32,000 nt of DNA from Acaryochloris marina MBIC11017 (GTDB lineage: Bacteria; Cyanobacteriota; Cyanobacteriia; Thermosynechococcales; Thermosynechococcaceae): positions 2,310,001-2,342,000 of the forward strand of contig NC_009925.1 of the NCBI RefSeq assembly GCF_000018105.1, read 5' to 3'. The position numbers and the translations under genes are program-made. Position 1 is the first letter of the stretch, and each line of letters begins with the position of its first letter. Below the pieces are notes generated by a model. That model made no database searches. It worked only from the letters and a program-made list of their open reading frames with translations, and was not told where the DNA came from. Positions 1-8,888 of the stretch are shown here, one piece after another.

Positions 1-203
1 TCAAGTTTCCGGCGATTGAACAAATTAAGACAGACGGCCAGAGTCAGAGGGGTTGCTGAATAAATAGCATCTTTCAAAATAAAGGTCAGCACCGTTCCGC
101 CAATGGAGCATCCTGCCACTACATATTCAATAGCCTGGAGCATGACATTTTGTTTAATGGACTTCTCCAGGGTGTTATCTGAAATGCTATTCAACTCTTG
201 CAT
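1..203 (-). CDS. 5' part of a hypothetical membrane protein (gene runs off the left window edge)
   Basis: A reverse-strand ATG at 203..201 opens a frame that stays open to position 1: MQELNSISDNTLEKSIKQNVMLQAIEYVVAGCSIGGTVLTFILKDAIYSATPLTLAVCLNLFNRRKL. It contains hydrophobic stretches. It is absent from the ORF track because there is no stop inside the window. No family recognised. Confidence 0.35.
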   Translation of the reverse strand, partial: MQELNSISDNTLEKSIKQNVMLQAIEYVVAGCSIGGTVLTFILKDAIYSATPLTLAVCLNLFNRRKL

Positions 204-632
204 ACAACCTCCTATCTCAGGATGCTCAACATACCGTTCCCTACACTTCACCGCTTAGCATCAATATTGATCATCCTGAACGGAGATGCAATATTAATAG
301 GCTGGGTAGAAAATTGTTTTTTTATTGTAGTTGAGGTAAAACCCTTCTTCCGAGAAAAACTCCCTACCCTCCAACCAGAATTCTCTCTATCCATCGCGGA
401 CTGAAGCCCCCATCCCTGCATGAAATTGTGCTGATGCCAAGTAGATGGATACCAATTCTCATCAGGATTTGACGTCTAAACCATCCACGACGCTCCCATA
501 CCCCAAATCAGTCTCCTGGAGGTCCATTTGTGAAACTGGACAATCTATCCGCTCCAGACTCACTTTCACAAAAATTCAATATTTACGCACAATACAACTA
601 CTGCTCCTTGATACTTGTGGTGAGAAAAATCC

Positions 633-1913
633 ATGTTGCAACTGTTTAGTACCGGTCTAATCCCATTGTGGTTAAACACAGTCGGGGTTTTGGCGAATCA
701 AACAGTGCCTCCTTTAACTCCATTCAATCTACTCCATATCAATACCCCTGACGTGAAAGTTGCAGAGATTTGGCAGGATTCATTAAATCAGTTCTCATCC
801 CAAGGATTTACTCCTACTGCCCAGGGATTTTGGTTACAAACCCAAGATCAGCTCTTGGTTAACCATAATGCTCAGCAGCCTCTTCCTGCTGCTTCTTTAA
901 CCAAAGTGGCGACCACCTTAGCCGCTTTAAAGACTTGGGGGCCTCACCATACGTTCCTGACCGAAGTTAGATCCACAGGGCCTGTTGTGGATGGCGTGTT
1001 GCAGGGAGATTTAGTGATTGTAGGGGGTGGAGATCCTCTATTTGTAGGTCCTGAAGCCACTAGCCTGGGATATAGCCTCAATCAACTGGGAATTCAAACT
1101 GTCTCCGGCAACTTAATTATTTCCGGCAACTTCTGGATGGATTTTCTCACTAAACCTAAACAAGCGGGAGAGCGTTTGCGCCAAGGGTTAAATGGGAAAA
1201 TCTATCAGACGACGGAAGAGAGTCGTTATACGTCACCTACAACGACTCAACCAGCCACCCAGTTAGCCATTTCTGGATCAGTACAATGGCGACCTTATCC
1301 CCCGCAATCCCAACTGCTCTTGCGGCATCAGTCTCTCCCCATCTTTGCCTTGCTCAAACAGATGAACGTCAATAGCAATAATGCCTTAGCCGAATCCCTG
1401 GCCTCAGGTATCGGTAATGGCCCCACTCTAGTGGCTCAGGTCACAGCAGCCACTGGTGTATCTACGAAGGAGATTCGCTTACAGAACGGTTCAGGGTTAG
1501 GGCAGGATAATCGTCTTTCTCCCCGCGCTGTGGTAGCGTTACTCCTCGGTATTCAACAGGAGCTAAAGCTCCATCAGCTCACCCTTGCCGATGTCTTTCC
1601 AGTGGCTAAACGGGACCTGGGCACCATTGAAGATCGTCAGCTTCCCACTGCAGCAATTGTGAAAACTGGAACCCTATGGAATGTCAGTGCCCTCGCTGGG
1701 GTTATTCCGACTCAGAAATTAGGACCAGTATGGTTTACGATTATCAACCGCGGCGAGAATATTGACGGTTTTAGGAGAGACCAAGACCGTATCCTCCAAC
1801 AGCTCACCCAACGCTTAGGGGCAGATGCCAAAAGCATCAATGACCTGCGCCCCAGCCGTCCCATGCCTACCTTAGGTGATCCCAAACGAAACCAAGTCGC
1901 TGGCCGTCGCTAG
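633..1913 (+). CDS. dacB: D-alanyl-D-alanine carboxypeptidase/endopeptidase, PBP4 family (peptidase S13)
   Basis: 426-aa ORF. The three penicillin-binding motifs occur in order: SxxK (AASLTKV), SxN (NSNNA), KTG (VKTGTL). The hydrophobic N-terminus is consistent with export. Confidence 0.8.
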   Translation: MLQLFSTGLIPLWLNTVGVLANQTVPPLTPFNLLHINTPDVKVAEIWQDSLNQFSSQGFTPTAQGFWLQTQDQLLVNHNAQQPLPAASLTKVATTLAALKTWGPHHTFLTEVRSTGPVVDGVLQGDLVIVGGGDPLFVGPEATSLGYSLNQLGIQTVSGNLIISGNFWMDFLTKPKQAGERLRQGLNGKIYQTTEESRYTSPTTTQPATQLAISGSVQWRPYPPQSQLLLRHQSLPIFALLKQMNVNSNNALAESLASGIGNGPTLVAQVTAATGVSTKEIRLQNGSGLGQDNRLSPRAVVALLLGIQQELKLHQLTLADVFPVAKRDLGTIEDRQLPTAAIVKTGTLWNVSALAGVIPTQKLGPVWFTIINRGENIDGFRRDQDRILQQLTQRLGADAKSINDLRPSRPMPTLGDPKRNQVAGRR

Positions 1914-1923
1914 CACATCAACG

Positions 1924-3054
1924 CTAGGGAACGATTTCCACTACTGCTTCTCCCCCTTCAACTTCTAGAGTTTTCTGGAGTAGATTACCCATAGCCCTCG
2001 TCCCCGTCATTCGCACCCAAGGTTGCAGCTGTTGATAAATGAGCTGCCCTCGAGCCTGGACCTTTTGGGTTGCCATATTCCAGGTCAGTGTCTGGGCTCG
2101 CAGCTGAGCGTTCTGAGGCAATCCTTTCACCCGAACCTGATGTTGTAAACGCAAGGTTCGAGACGGTTCCAACCAGCCCTGTTTCGCCCGGGCAGAAATG
2201 CCTTGATATTGAATATATATACCCTGGGGACTATGCCACTGATCTTCTGTCAGGCTCACCAGTACGCGGGGACTCTTAATGTGCATTTTAGAATCGGCAA
2301 TGTGCATCTCTACGGCCTCATCAAAGACGAGTTGTTGAGACGGCAAGCACAACTCCACTCGTTGAGATTGGACGTGTGGCCAACGGTTTGAAGTGAGGGG
2401 CTGATTTGCACTGGGTCGCATCGTCACACTGGCGGGGATCACACTGTGAGCCGCCAGGGTTTCTTTCCTCGGGAACCAGCTAATTTCCTGAGCCTGCATC
2501 TGTAAATCTCGTTCGAGCCACTTGACCGTAACCGTGCCTGATAACCGAGACTGCTGGGTCCGAGTAGACGCTTGAAATCGCTGCCCTTTGATTTCAAAAT
2601 GGGGATGCTGTAAGAGAACCTGATGTTGAGCAATCAGCTGGCCCGTCTTGGGATGCCACTGCAGACGCTGACTGCGCAGGGTGGTGCGATCTCGTACATC
2701 CTTAACGAGAAGTGGTCCTTGAAGCTGAATAAAGTTTGACTGTTGATGAACCTGACCATAGGGGGCTTGCAGAGAATAGATCGGTTCTTGCTGGTGATAG
2801 AAAGTTCCTTGAATCTGCTGGAGCTGAACGACATCGTCAAGCACCTCGGCTTTTTCAGCCTGTATCTGCCACAAAAGCTGCCCAGTCGGGTCAGTGCGCT
2901 TGAAAATAGCCTGATGTAGAGAGGTTTGAGGTTGCTTAGGAACAGGAAGCCCAGGTCTGACAGGCGCACAGCCTACAACAATGAGACTGAGCAGGCCAAT
3001 CAGAGAAATATCAATTCCATCTCTGGCAGCACAGGGTCTCGTCAAAACAACCAA
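1924..3054 (-). CDS. periplasmic LptC/OstA-like lipoprotein (LPS-export related), tentative
   Basis: 376-aa ORF. An N-terminal hydrophobic segment ends in a lipobox-like LIVVGC. Two tandem halves show the strand-rich pattern I associate with LptC/LptA-type domains (FIQLQGPLLVKD...LQWHPKTGQLIAQHQVLLQ and VRVKGLPQNAQLRAQTLTWNMATQKVQARGQL). The family call is from memory of cyanobacterial LptC annotations. The start is uncertain (TTG 3054 or TTG 3045; no ATG or GTG). Confidence 0.45.
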   Translation of the reverse strand: MVVLTRPCAARDGIDISLIGLLSLIVVGCAPVRPGLPVPKQPQTSLHQAIFKRTDPTGQLLWQIQAEKAEVLDDVVQLQQIQGTFYHQQEPIYSLQAPYGQVHQQSNFIQLQGPLLVKDVRDRTTLRSQRLQWHPKTGQLIAQHQVLLQHPHFEIKGQRFQASTRTQQSRLSGTVTVKWLERDLQMQAQEISWFPRKETLAAHSVIPASVTMRPSANQPLTSNRWPHVQSQRVELCLPSQQLVFDEAVEMHIADSKMHIKSPRVLVSLTEDQWHSPQGIYIQYQGISARAKQGWLEPSRTLRLQHQVRVKGLPQNAQLRAQTLTWNMATQKVQARGQLIYQQLQPWVRMTGTRAMGNLLQKTLEVEGGEAVVEIVP

Positions 3055-3687
3055 TTAATCAAAGGCAGGATCAACGATATCTTCGGTCTCTGGCTCCGCA
3101 ATCGTAATCCCTGATAAAGGACGGTAGGTATAACCGGAACGGGAGGCTTTTTGAATATCGCCTTTAATGCCTTCCAGATCAATGTAGCGATCGGCAACGT
3201 TGATCAAGCTATCGCTGGTCATGGAGCGCAAGCTAACAACTTCTACACGAATGCCTCGATAACTAACGGCATCTACGGCATAGGCTAAGTCGCCATCTCC
3301 ACTGACTAAGATCGCTGTATCGTAACAACCTACCAACGACATCATGTCGACGGCAATTTCAACGTCCAAATTGGCTTTTTTAGAACCATCCGGCAGCTGG
3401 ACTAACTCTTTTGTAATGACGCGATACCCATTGCGGCGCATCCACAGCAAGAAACCCTGCTGTTTTTCATTCGTCGGATCAACGCCGGTATAAAAGAAGG
3501 ACCGCAATAAACGTGAACCACAGGTCAGACGGCATAACAATTTGGTGTAGTCAATCTCAATGCCCAACTGCAGAGCAGCATAAAAAAGATTAGACCCATC
3601 TATGAAAATAGCGATACGCCCACGGTTTTCAAGTACTTGCTCTGCTGAAAACACAGAGTCTTGGTCCATATCTGGATTGATAATCAT
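3055..3687 (-). CDS. NYN/LabA-like (DUF88) PIN-fold domain protein
   Basis: 210-aa ORF with IAIFIDGSNLFYA and VSGDGDLAYAV blocks, the conserved acidic motifs of NYN/LabA domains. Its stop codon directly abuts the next ORF. Confidence 0.8.
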   Translation of the reverse strand: MIINPDMDQDSVFSAEQVLENRGRIAIFIDGSNLFYAALQLGIEIDYTKLLCRLTCGSRLLRSFFYTGVDPTNEKQQGFLLWMRRNGYRVITKELVQLPDGSKKANLDVEIAVDMMSLVGCYDTAILVSGDGDLAYAVDAVSYRGIRVEVVSLRSMTSDSLINVADRYIDLEGIKGDIQKASRSGYTYRPLSGITIAEPETEDIVDPAFD

Positions 3688-3791
3688 GGAAATTAAAGCC
3701 TCGGATGTTTAAATGATGTCAGGTTTTAAAATATATTGACTAAACCAGTGCAGTAACCCTGAGACAATCCTCAAGTGAAGACGGCAAAGTG

Positions 3792-5390
3792 CTAGGGTGC
3801 TGCAGCTTGTAAAGGCTCTAATTTTTGGAAGACGGGTTGAGGTGTGCCTAAGATTTGGTTAGCGGGCAACCCTCCCCAGTTGCTATGAATAGAATGTAAT
3901 GTTGTCTCATCCCCATCATGATTAACATTCAAATCAAGCTTGAACCCTAGCTGTTGATATATCTGTGTACTGAGGTTAGGAATAACCGGAGTGAGCAGAT
4001 ATGCTGACAGTCTAACCGATTCTAAAACGGTGTAAAGGATCTCGTTGACTAAGCCTTGTTCCCCTTTTTTATAGAGAGACCAGGGTGCTTGCTCGTCTAT
4101 GAACTGGTTTCCAGCTTTGACAAGCCCCAAAGAAATATTACAAGCTTGACTAAAATTTAAGTTTTGGTAAGCTTTTGCGACCTGATCGCCCGCTTTTCGA
4201 CCCAGTTGGGCCAACGGATGATCCTCCGGAATACTCTGAATATCAATATCGGGAACCTGGCCATTACAATATTTGACGGCCATTTTAAGGGTGCGATTCA
4301 GTAAATTGCCTAGGCTATTGGCCAGATCAGCATTGACGACATCAATAAAGCGAGTTTCACTGAAGTCGCCATCCCGACCGAACTCGAGGGCCTTTAAAAA
4401 GTAGTATCGAACCGCATCCGTTCCATAGCGGTCGACCAATTCAACGGGATCGAGGGTATTCCCCAGGCTTTTCCCCATTTTTTGCCCATCTTTAGTCAAG
4501 AAACCATGACCAAATACCCGATCAGGCAAAGGCAGATCTGCCGACATCAACATTGCTGGCCAATACACTGCATGAAACCGCAGAATATCTTTGCCAATTA
4601 AGTGGAGATTGATGGGCCACCACTGACTGAGGGCCTGATCTAAGGTCGGTTCTGTATCTTCATCGAGCAGCGCTGTGACATAGCCGAGGAGGGCATCGAA
4701 CCAGACATATAAGGTGTGCTGATCGTCTGCCGGTACGGGAAATCCCCAATCCAAGTTCACCCGTGAAATGGAAAAGTCCTGTAACCCCCGTTCGACAAAA
4801 CTGAGGACTTCATTCCGGCGACTGGTGGGTTGGATAAAGTCAGGCTGATCCGCAAATAACTGAAGTAGATCGTCTTGATACTTCGACAGCCGGAAAAAAT
4901 AATTTTGCTCGTCTCGCCATTCCACCGGCCGCTTATGGATCGGACAGTGATTGTCTTCGAGGAGGTCGCGCTCTTCTTTAAATTCTTCGCAACCGACACA
5001 ATACCAGCCCTGCTGATGTCCTTGACAAATGTCACCTTTATCCCACACCCGCTGAAAAAACTCGGCCACAATCTGACCATGGCGAGGGCTCGTGGTGCGA
5101 CTAAAGCGATCATATTGAATATTGAGGCGTTGCCATAAATCTTTGTACCCAGCAACGATTTCGTCACAGTGGTCTTGTGGCGCTTTACCCCGCTGTTCAG
5201 CCGTCCGCTGAATTTTTTGGCCATGCTCATCTGTCCCCGTGATCAGCAAGACTTCATGCCCTTGTAAGCGATGGAATCTTGCGATCGCATCTGCAGCCAT
5301 CGTGGTGTAGGCACTGCCAATATGGGGTAAATCGTTAACGTAATAGAGCGGCGTGGTCAGCGCAAAACGTCGGGTTTGGCTGGAAGTCAT
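3792..5390 (-). CDS. metG: methionine--tRNA ligase
   Basis: 532-aa ORF with a HIGH-type motif (LPHIGSAYT), a KMSKS motif (KMGKSLGN), a Zn knuckle (CVGC...CPIH) and an anticodon-binding helical C-terminus. Confidence 0.95.
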   Translation of the reverse strand: MTSSQTRRFALTTPLYYVNDLPHIGSAYTTMAADAIARFHRLQGHEVLLITGTDEHGQKIQRTAEQRGKAPQDHCDEIVAGYKDLWQRLNIQYDRFSRTTSPRHGQIVAEFFQRVWDKGDICQGHQQGWYCVGCEEFKEERDLLEDNHCPIHKRPVEWRDEQNYFFRLSKYQDDLLQLFADQPDFIQPTSRRNEVLSFVERGLQDFSISRVNLDWGFPVPADDQHTLYVWFDALLGYVTALLDEDTEPTLDQALSQWWPINLHLIGKDILRFHAVYWPAMLMSADLPLPDRVFGHGFLTKDGQKMGKSLGNTLDPVELVDRYGTDAVRYYFLKALEFGRDGDFSETRFIDVVNADLANSLGNLLNRTLKMAVKYCNGQVPDIDIQSIPEDHPLAQLGRKAGDQVAKAYQNLNFSQACNISLGLVKAGNQFIDEQAPWSLYKKGEQGLVNEILYTVLESVRLSAYLLTPVIPNLSTQIYQQLGFKLDLNVNHDGDETTLHSIHSNWGGLPANQILGTPQPVFQKLEPLQAAAP

Positions 5391-5548
5391 AGGCTAAAGA
5401 TAGAAGCATTGTGGTTGCCGACCTCCATCATACATGAGCTATTAATGAACGGCGTTTATACCTAATTATGATGTTTTTAATAGGTACAATCCCATCCTCA
5501 TCAAGCCATCGCCCTATTCAACCACCCAGTATCGAAAGAATGAATGGC

Positions 5549-6007
5549 TCAATTTTGCCAAGCGAGCTGTTTATCAGCCTCAGATTTGATTGCTTTGAAC
5601 AATCTCAGCTCCGTACCATCACCGTTCCAATACACTTGATCAAAAATCTGATGGAGAATATATAAACCTCGACCACATTCACAGCCTTCATCAGGAATCT
5701 TTTGTGGAGGGGGCGGCGTTTTGCACTGATCTGGAGGCGTAAACCCTGCGCCTTGATCCGAAATAATCCACCAGCCCTGGGAATGACTGATCGAGAAATG
5801 CACAAAGATGGTCTTGTAAGGATCCAACTTATTTCCATGCTTCGCTGCGTTAACTAGTGCTTCTTGCAAGCCTAACCTGAGTTCTGCCTCTTCCTCTATC
5901 GGTATATCTGCAAGGAGACAGTCTAAGATTGGACAAAGATACAGGGTTGATGCGAAACTGACTTGCTGCCATCGGTGGGCACTGGGCGGAAGCGAAGAAG
6001 CAATCAC
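5549..6007 (-). CDS. anti-sigma regulatory factor / RsbW-SpoIIAB-like Ser-Thr kinase (GHKL ATPase fold)
   Basis: 152-aa ORF with a GTG start. It has the N-box LQEALVNAAKHGN and the G1-box ISDQGAGF, and its size is typical of stand-alone HATPase_c anti-sigma kinases. Confidence 0.7.
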   Translation of the reverse strand: MIASSLPPSAHRWQQVSFASTLYLCPILDCLLADIPIEEEAELRLGLQEALVNAAKHGNKLDPYKTIFVHFSISHSQGWWIISDQGAGFTPPDQCKTPPPPQKIPDEGCECGRGLYILHQIFDQVYWNGDGTELRLFKAIKSEADKQLAWQN

Positions 6008-6166
6008 TCAATTAATCCCATAGCTGTGTTCTAGAGGGTTTGATGGGGGGTGCGTCACTGCACGAATTGGATAGATAGAAAAGTTGGATTAATGAAGTTA
6101 AAAGGCTGTCAATTAATAATTTAGGGATATCTCACCTACTACTAATATAGCTAACAGCCTTGGGAT

Positions 6167-6367
6167 TTACAATATCCAACCCTGACTCTCCCCACTGAAA
6201 ATCCAGTGAGAACAGGCATTCCAGCTCAACCGAAGGGTACCCATCGGGGCTGGTAGCATCTCCCCCCGAGCGTCTAGTAGCTGGACTAATACCAGATATC
6301 CAACTCCCAAAAGCAGTGCGATCGCACCGGTAATCACGGCAGTCCACTGTGAGCGATCAAAAGACAT
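6167..6367 (-). CDS. small hypothetical single-pass membrane protein
   Basis: The internal ATG at 6367 gives 66 aa: MSFDRSQWTAVITGAIALLLGVGYLVLVQLL..., with one clear TM helix. It starts 74 nt downstream of the MlaD-like stop on the same strand. No family recognised, and it could be non-coding. Confidence 0.35.
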   Translation of the reverse strand: MSFDRSQWTAVITGAIALLLGVGYLVLVQLLDARGEMLPAPMGTLRLSWNACSHWIFSGESQGWIL

Positions 6368-6441
6368 AGCAATACGGTTCTTGCAGCTGAGAGGAATAGA
6401 GATCTCTTTCACCGTAACATTCGCAGACGGTCAGAAATTGG

Positions 6442-7641
6442 TCAATTTTGGGAGGGAGTCGATGGAGCATCCGATTGAGAAAAAGCAGACGTGAGTGGTG
6501 CTTTTTGAACCCCTTGCATTTGTTGTTCCAAATCCTGGCTAGAAGACAGCAGCTTACCGAGGCCGTTAATTAAACGAATTAAATTTTGCCTCACCTCTTC
6601 ATTGCCGGTAATGTCTTTGAGATCCGACGTAATTTGGCTAGCATTATCCAACGTCTCTCGAGCTGATTTTAAAGTCTGGCGCAGCTCCGATGCCGTGGCT
6701 GGGTTATTCACATCCGTCGTCAAGAGCTTGAGAGTTTCAGAGGCCTGAGCACCATTCGCCGCTAAGGTTTCTAGGTTATCTAACAGCTTGCCTTGCTCAA
6801 CCCGGCTGAGCAGAGGACTCAATCGAGTCACCACTACCTTCAGTTCTTGGCTCGTCTCTTGCAAATTCTGTAGAGAAGTCACTAAAGTGCCTTTGTTTCC
6901 CTTTACCAGGGTATTCACTTCACCGCCTAATTGATCGAACTGTTGCGCTGCTGCCGTTACTGATTCAGCAGCAACACCAAACTGTCGTAGTTGTTTACGG
7001 GTATCCAAACTGAGTTGGGTTACACTGCGGGCAGCACGGGACACGTCTTTTAAGGCAACCTTTGTATCTTTGCTGAGCTTGCTAATATCCTTGGAAGCCT
7101 GAGATAAGTTATTGAGGGTAGCCTTTAAGTCTGTGCCTCCTAATTGCGTCGCAATCTGCATCGTGGCGCGAATGAGTTCTTCCAAATTGTTGCCCGAGTC
7201 GCCCTCCAGACGATCCCCTTGACAGAGGATCATTCGGGGGTCACAGTCTGGCTCAAAGGGGCTTAAATCTTCTACAGAGGCATCGCTGAACTCAACCTCA
7301 GTCGGTCGAAACTCTAATGCAGCCTGCCCCACAAATCCTGACTGGCTCGTCTCAACCTTGGTTTGCCGAGGAATCAATACGGTACTCGACGTAATTTCTA
7401 CTTCCACCACCACTCGATTGGCCTGAGGCCGCATTTGCGTAATATGACCGACCTTTACCCCTCTAAACTTAGCCGGACTACCGATACTTAACCCCAAAGC
7501 GTCTGCTAACTCAACTTGTAAGGTGTACGCTCTACCCCCAAAATTAAAACCACGCACCCAAAAAATTAAACTCGTTACGAGTCCTAGACCGAAGATGACT
7601 AGCAATCCCACTGTCCCTTCTCGTACCGCTCGCGTTCTCAT
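6442..7641 (-). CDS. MlaD/MCE-family (TGD2-like) lipid-trafficking substrate-binding protein
   Basis: An N-terminal TM (VGLLVIFGLGLVTSLIFW) is followed by an MCE domain (KFRGVKVGHITQM...VVVEVEI) and a long helical L/Q/T-rich C-terminal extension. I prefer the ATG at 7641 (MRTRAVREGTVG, GAGGGG 4 nt upstream) over the GTG at 7653 used by the ORF track. Confidence 0.8.
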   Translation of the reverse strand: MRTRAVREGTVGLLVIFGLGLVTSLIFWVRGFNFGGRAYTLQVELADALGLSIGSPAKFRGVKVGHITQMRPQANRVVVEVEITSSTVLIPRQTKVETSQSGFVGQAALEFRPTEVEFSDASVEDLSPFEPDCDPRMILCQGDRLEGDSGNNLEELIRATMQIATQLGGTDLKATLNNLSQASKDISKLSKDTKVALKDVSRAARSVTQLSLDTRKQLRQFGVAAESVTAAAQQFDQLGGEVNTLVKGNKGTLVTSLQNLQETSQELKVVVTRLSPLLSRVEQGKLLDNLETLAANGAQASETLKLLTTDVNNPATASELRQTLKSARETLDNASQITSDLKDITGNEEVRQNLIRLINGLGKLLSSSQDLEQQMQGVQKAPLTSAFSQSDAPSTPSQN

Positions 7642-7692
7642 ACTGCCCCTCACCGGTGACCTTAGCTAACTATTACTCGGCATTCTTTTGCG

Positions 7693-8481
7693 CTACAAGT
7701 AATCTCCCACCAAATCCATGGGGCCTTGCACACTTCCACTCATAAATTGCTGTAGATAGGGATTATCAGACGTTTCGATTTCATCCCAAATGCCTTGCCA
7801 TTGCACATGACCTTGATAGAGCAAGACCAAGCGTTTGCCATTACGACGAATCGTACTGTTTTGGTGGGTAACAATGGCATAGGTCTCACAACCAGAAGAG
7901 CGTTGCAGTTCTAAGATCAAATCTTCGATCATCGTGGAGGCAATGGGATCAAGACCTGCTGTGGGCTCATCGTAGAGCAAAATTTTAGGATCATCTAAGT
8001 CATCATCGGGATTATCCAAAATGGCTCTGGCAAAGCTCACCCGTTTTCGCATACCCCCAGACAGTTCTGCTGGAAAAAGGTGGCCAATTCCTGGCAGACC
8101 CACCACTTCCAATTTCTCGTTCACTAAATCTCGAATTCGCTGCCTCGGCAAAGAAGAATTCTGGTACAGGAAAAATCCAACATTCTCTTCAACCGTCAGG
8201 GAGTCAAATAACGCTGCCTGTTGAAACACCATACTCATGCGAATAGGGTTATCGAAATTATCTAAAGACCCACAACGGCGTTTGCCATTGATATAAACCT
8301 CTCCTTTATCCGGTGCCAGTAAACCCGCAATAATTCGGAGTATCGTTGATTTCCCTGTCCCGGAAGGGCCTAAAATCGCAAGTGCATCCCCTGGATAAAT
8401 CGTGAGGTCAGCCCCATCCAACACCACATGTTTACCAAAGGCTTTAGAAATTCCTTTGAGTTCAATTAAGGGCTCGGCCAT
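7693..8481 (-). CDS. ABC transporter ATP-binding protein, MlaF/TGD3-like
   Basis: Walker A GPSGTGKST, signature LSGGMRKRVSFARA, Walker B ILLYDEPTAGLD, H-loop VTHQ. The likely start is the ATG at 8481 (MAEPLIELKG); the ORF track extends to 8514. Confidence 0.85.
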   Translation of the reverse strand: MAEPLIELKGISKAFGKHVVLDGADLTIYPGDALAILGPSGTGKSTILRIIAGLLAPDKGEVYINGKRRCGSLDNFDNPIRMSMVFQQAALFDSLTVEENVGFFLYQNSSLPRQRIRDLVNEKLEVVGLPGIGHLFPAELSGGMRKRVSFARAILDNPDDDLDDPKILLYDEPTAGLDPIASTMIEDLILELQRSSGCETYAIVTHQNSTIRRNGKRLVLLYQGHVQWQGIWDEIETSDNPYLQQFMSGSVQGPMDLVGDYL

Positions 8482-8708
8482 AAAAACGATCTGAGAGATG
8501 CCCAAAGAAACCACGTCTCGAAGCTATCACTACTGTAATCTAACTTCCTTACCCTAGCCTAGGGAGAAGCTTAAAGAGAGATGAAAAGTGATTAATAGGG
8601 GAATGCTAGCAACGTTTGCCCTATGGACTAGGCGATAAGCGCTGAATTCAAGCCTCTACACCTTAAACATGAATGAAAAATATAAAAATAGGGCAAAATA
8701 GACTTGTG

Positions 8709-8727
8709 ATCTATATTACATATAGAT
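8709..8727. promoter_or_regulatory. perfect 8+3+8 palindrome in a divergent promoter region (candidate operator)
   Basis: ATCTATAT-TAC-ATATAGAT, read directly. It lies in the AT-rich 374-406 nt spacer between the divergent MlaF-like and pentapeptide-repeat genes. No known motif assigned. Confidence 0.3.
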
Positions 8728-8888
8728 ACTAGCTAGACTTAATTTAGAGGTTTTAAAAGGACGGCTAGTATTGAGATACAACTATTTTGAAGACTGTGGT
8801 TAACCGGGGGATGACAACTAGTCAATCCACAGGATCAAAAGACAGAGGTTAAAGACATTGATGACTATTTATTTGCTTATCCCCCGCT

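Noticed and set aside
198-660. Two ORFs (68 and 71 aa) in the 429-nt spacer upstream of the PBP4-like gene
   Set aside because: They have no motifs, the first starts at a non-ATG codon (TTG) overlapping the divergent gene's start, and one runs into the dacB-like start. I also found no convincing RNA structure here beyond short 5-6 bp stems.
2070-2969. Alternative-frame ORFs within the LptC-like gene, and similar ones within metG (4757..5230) and the methyltransferase/RidA genes (26202..27115)
   Set aside because: They are nested in longer ORFs that have family motifs or membrane and lipoprotein features. Their compositions are odd (Arg/Ser/Cys-rich), as is typical of out-of-frame translation.
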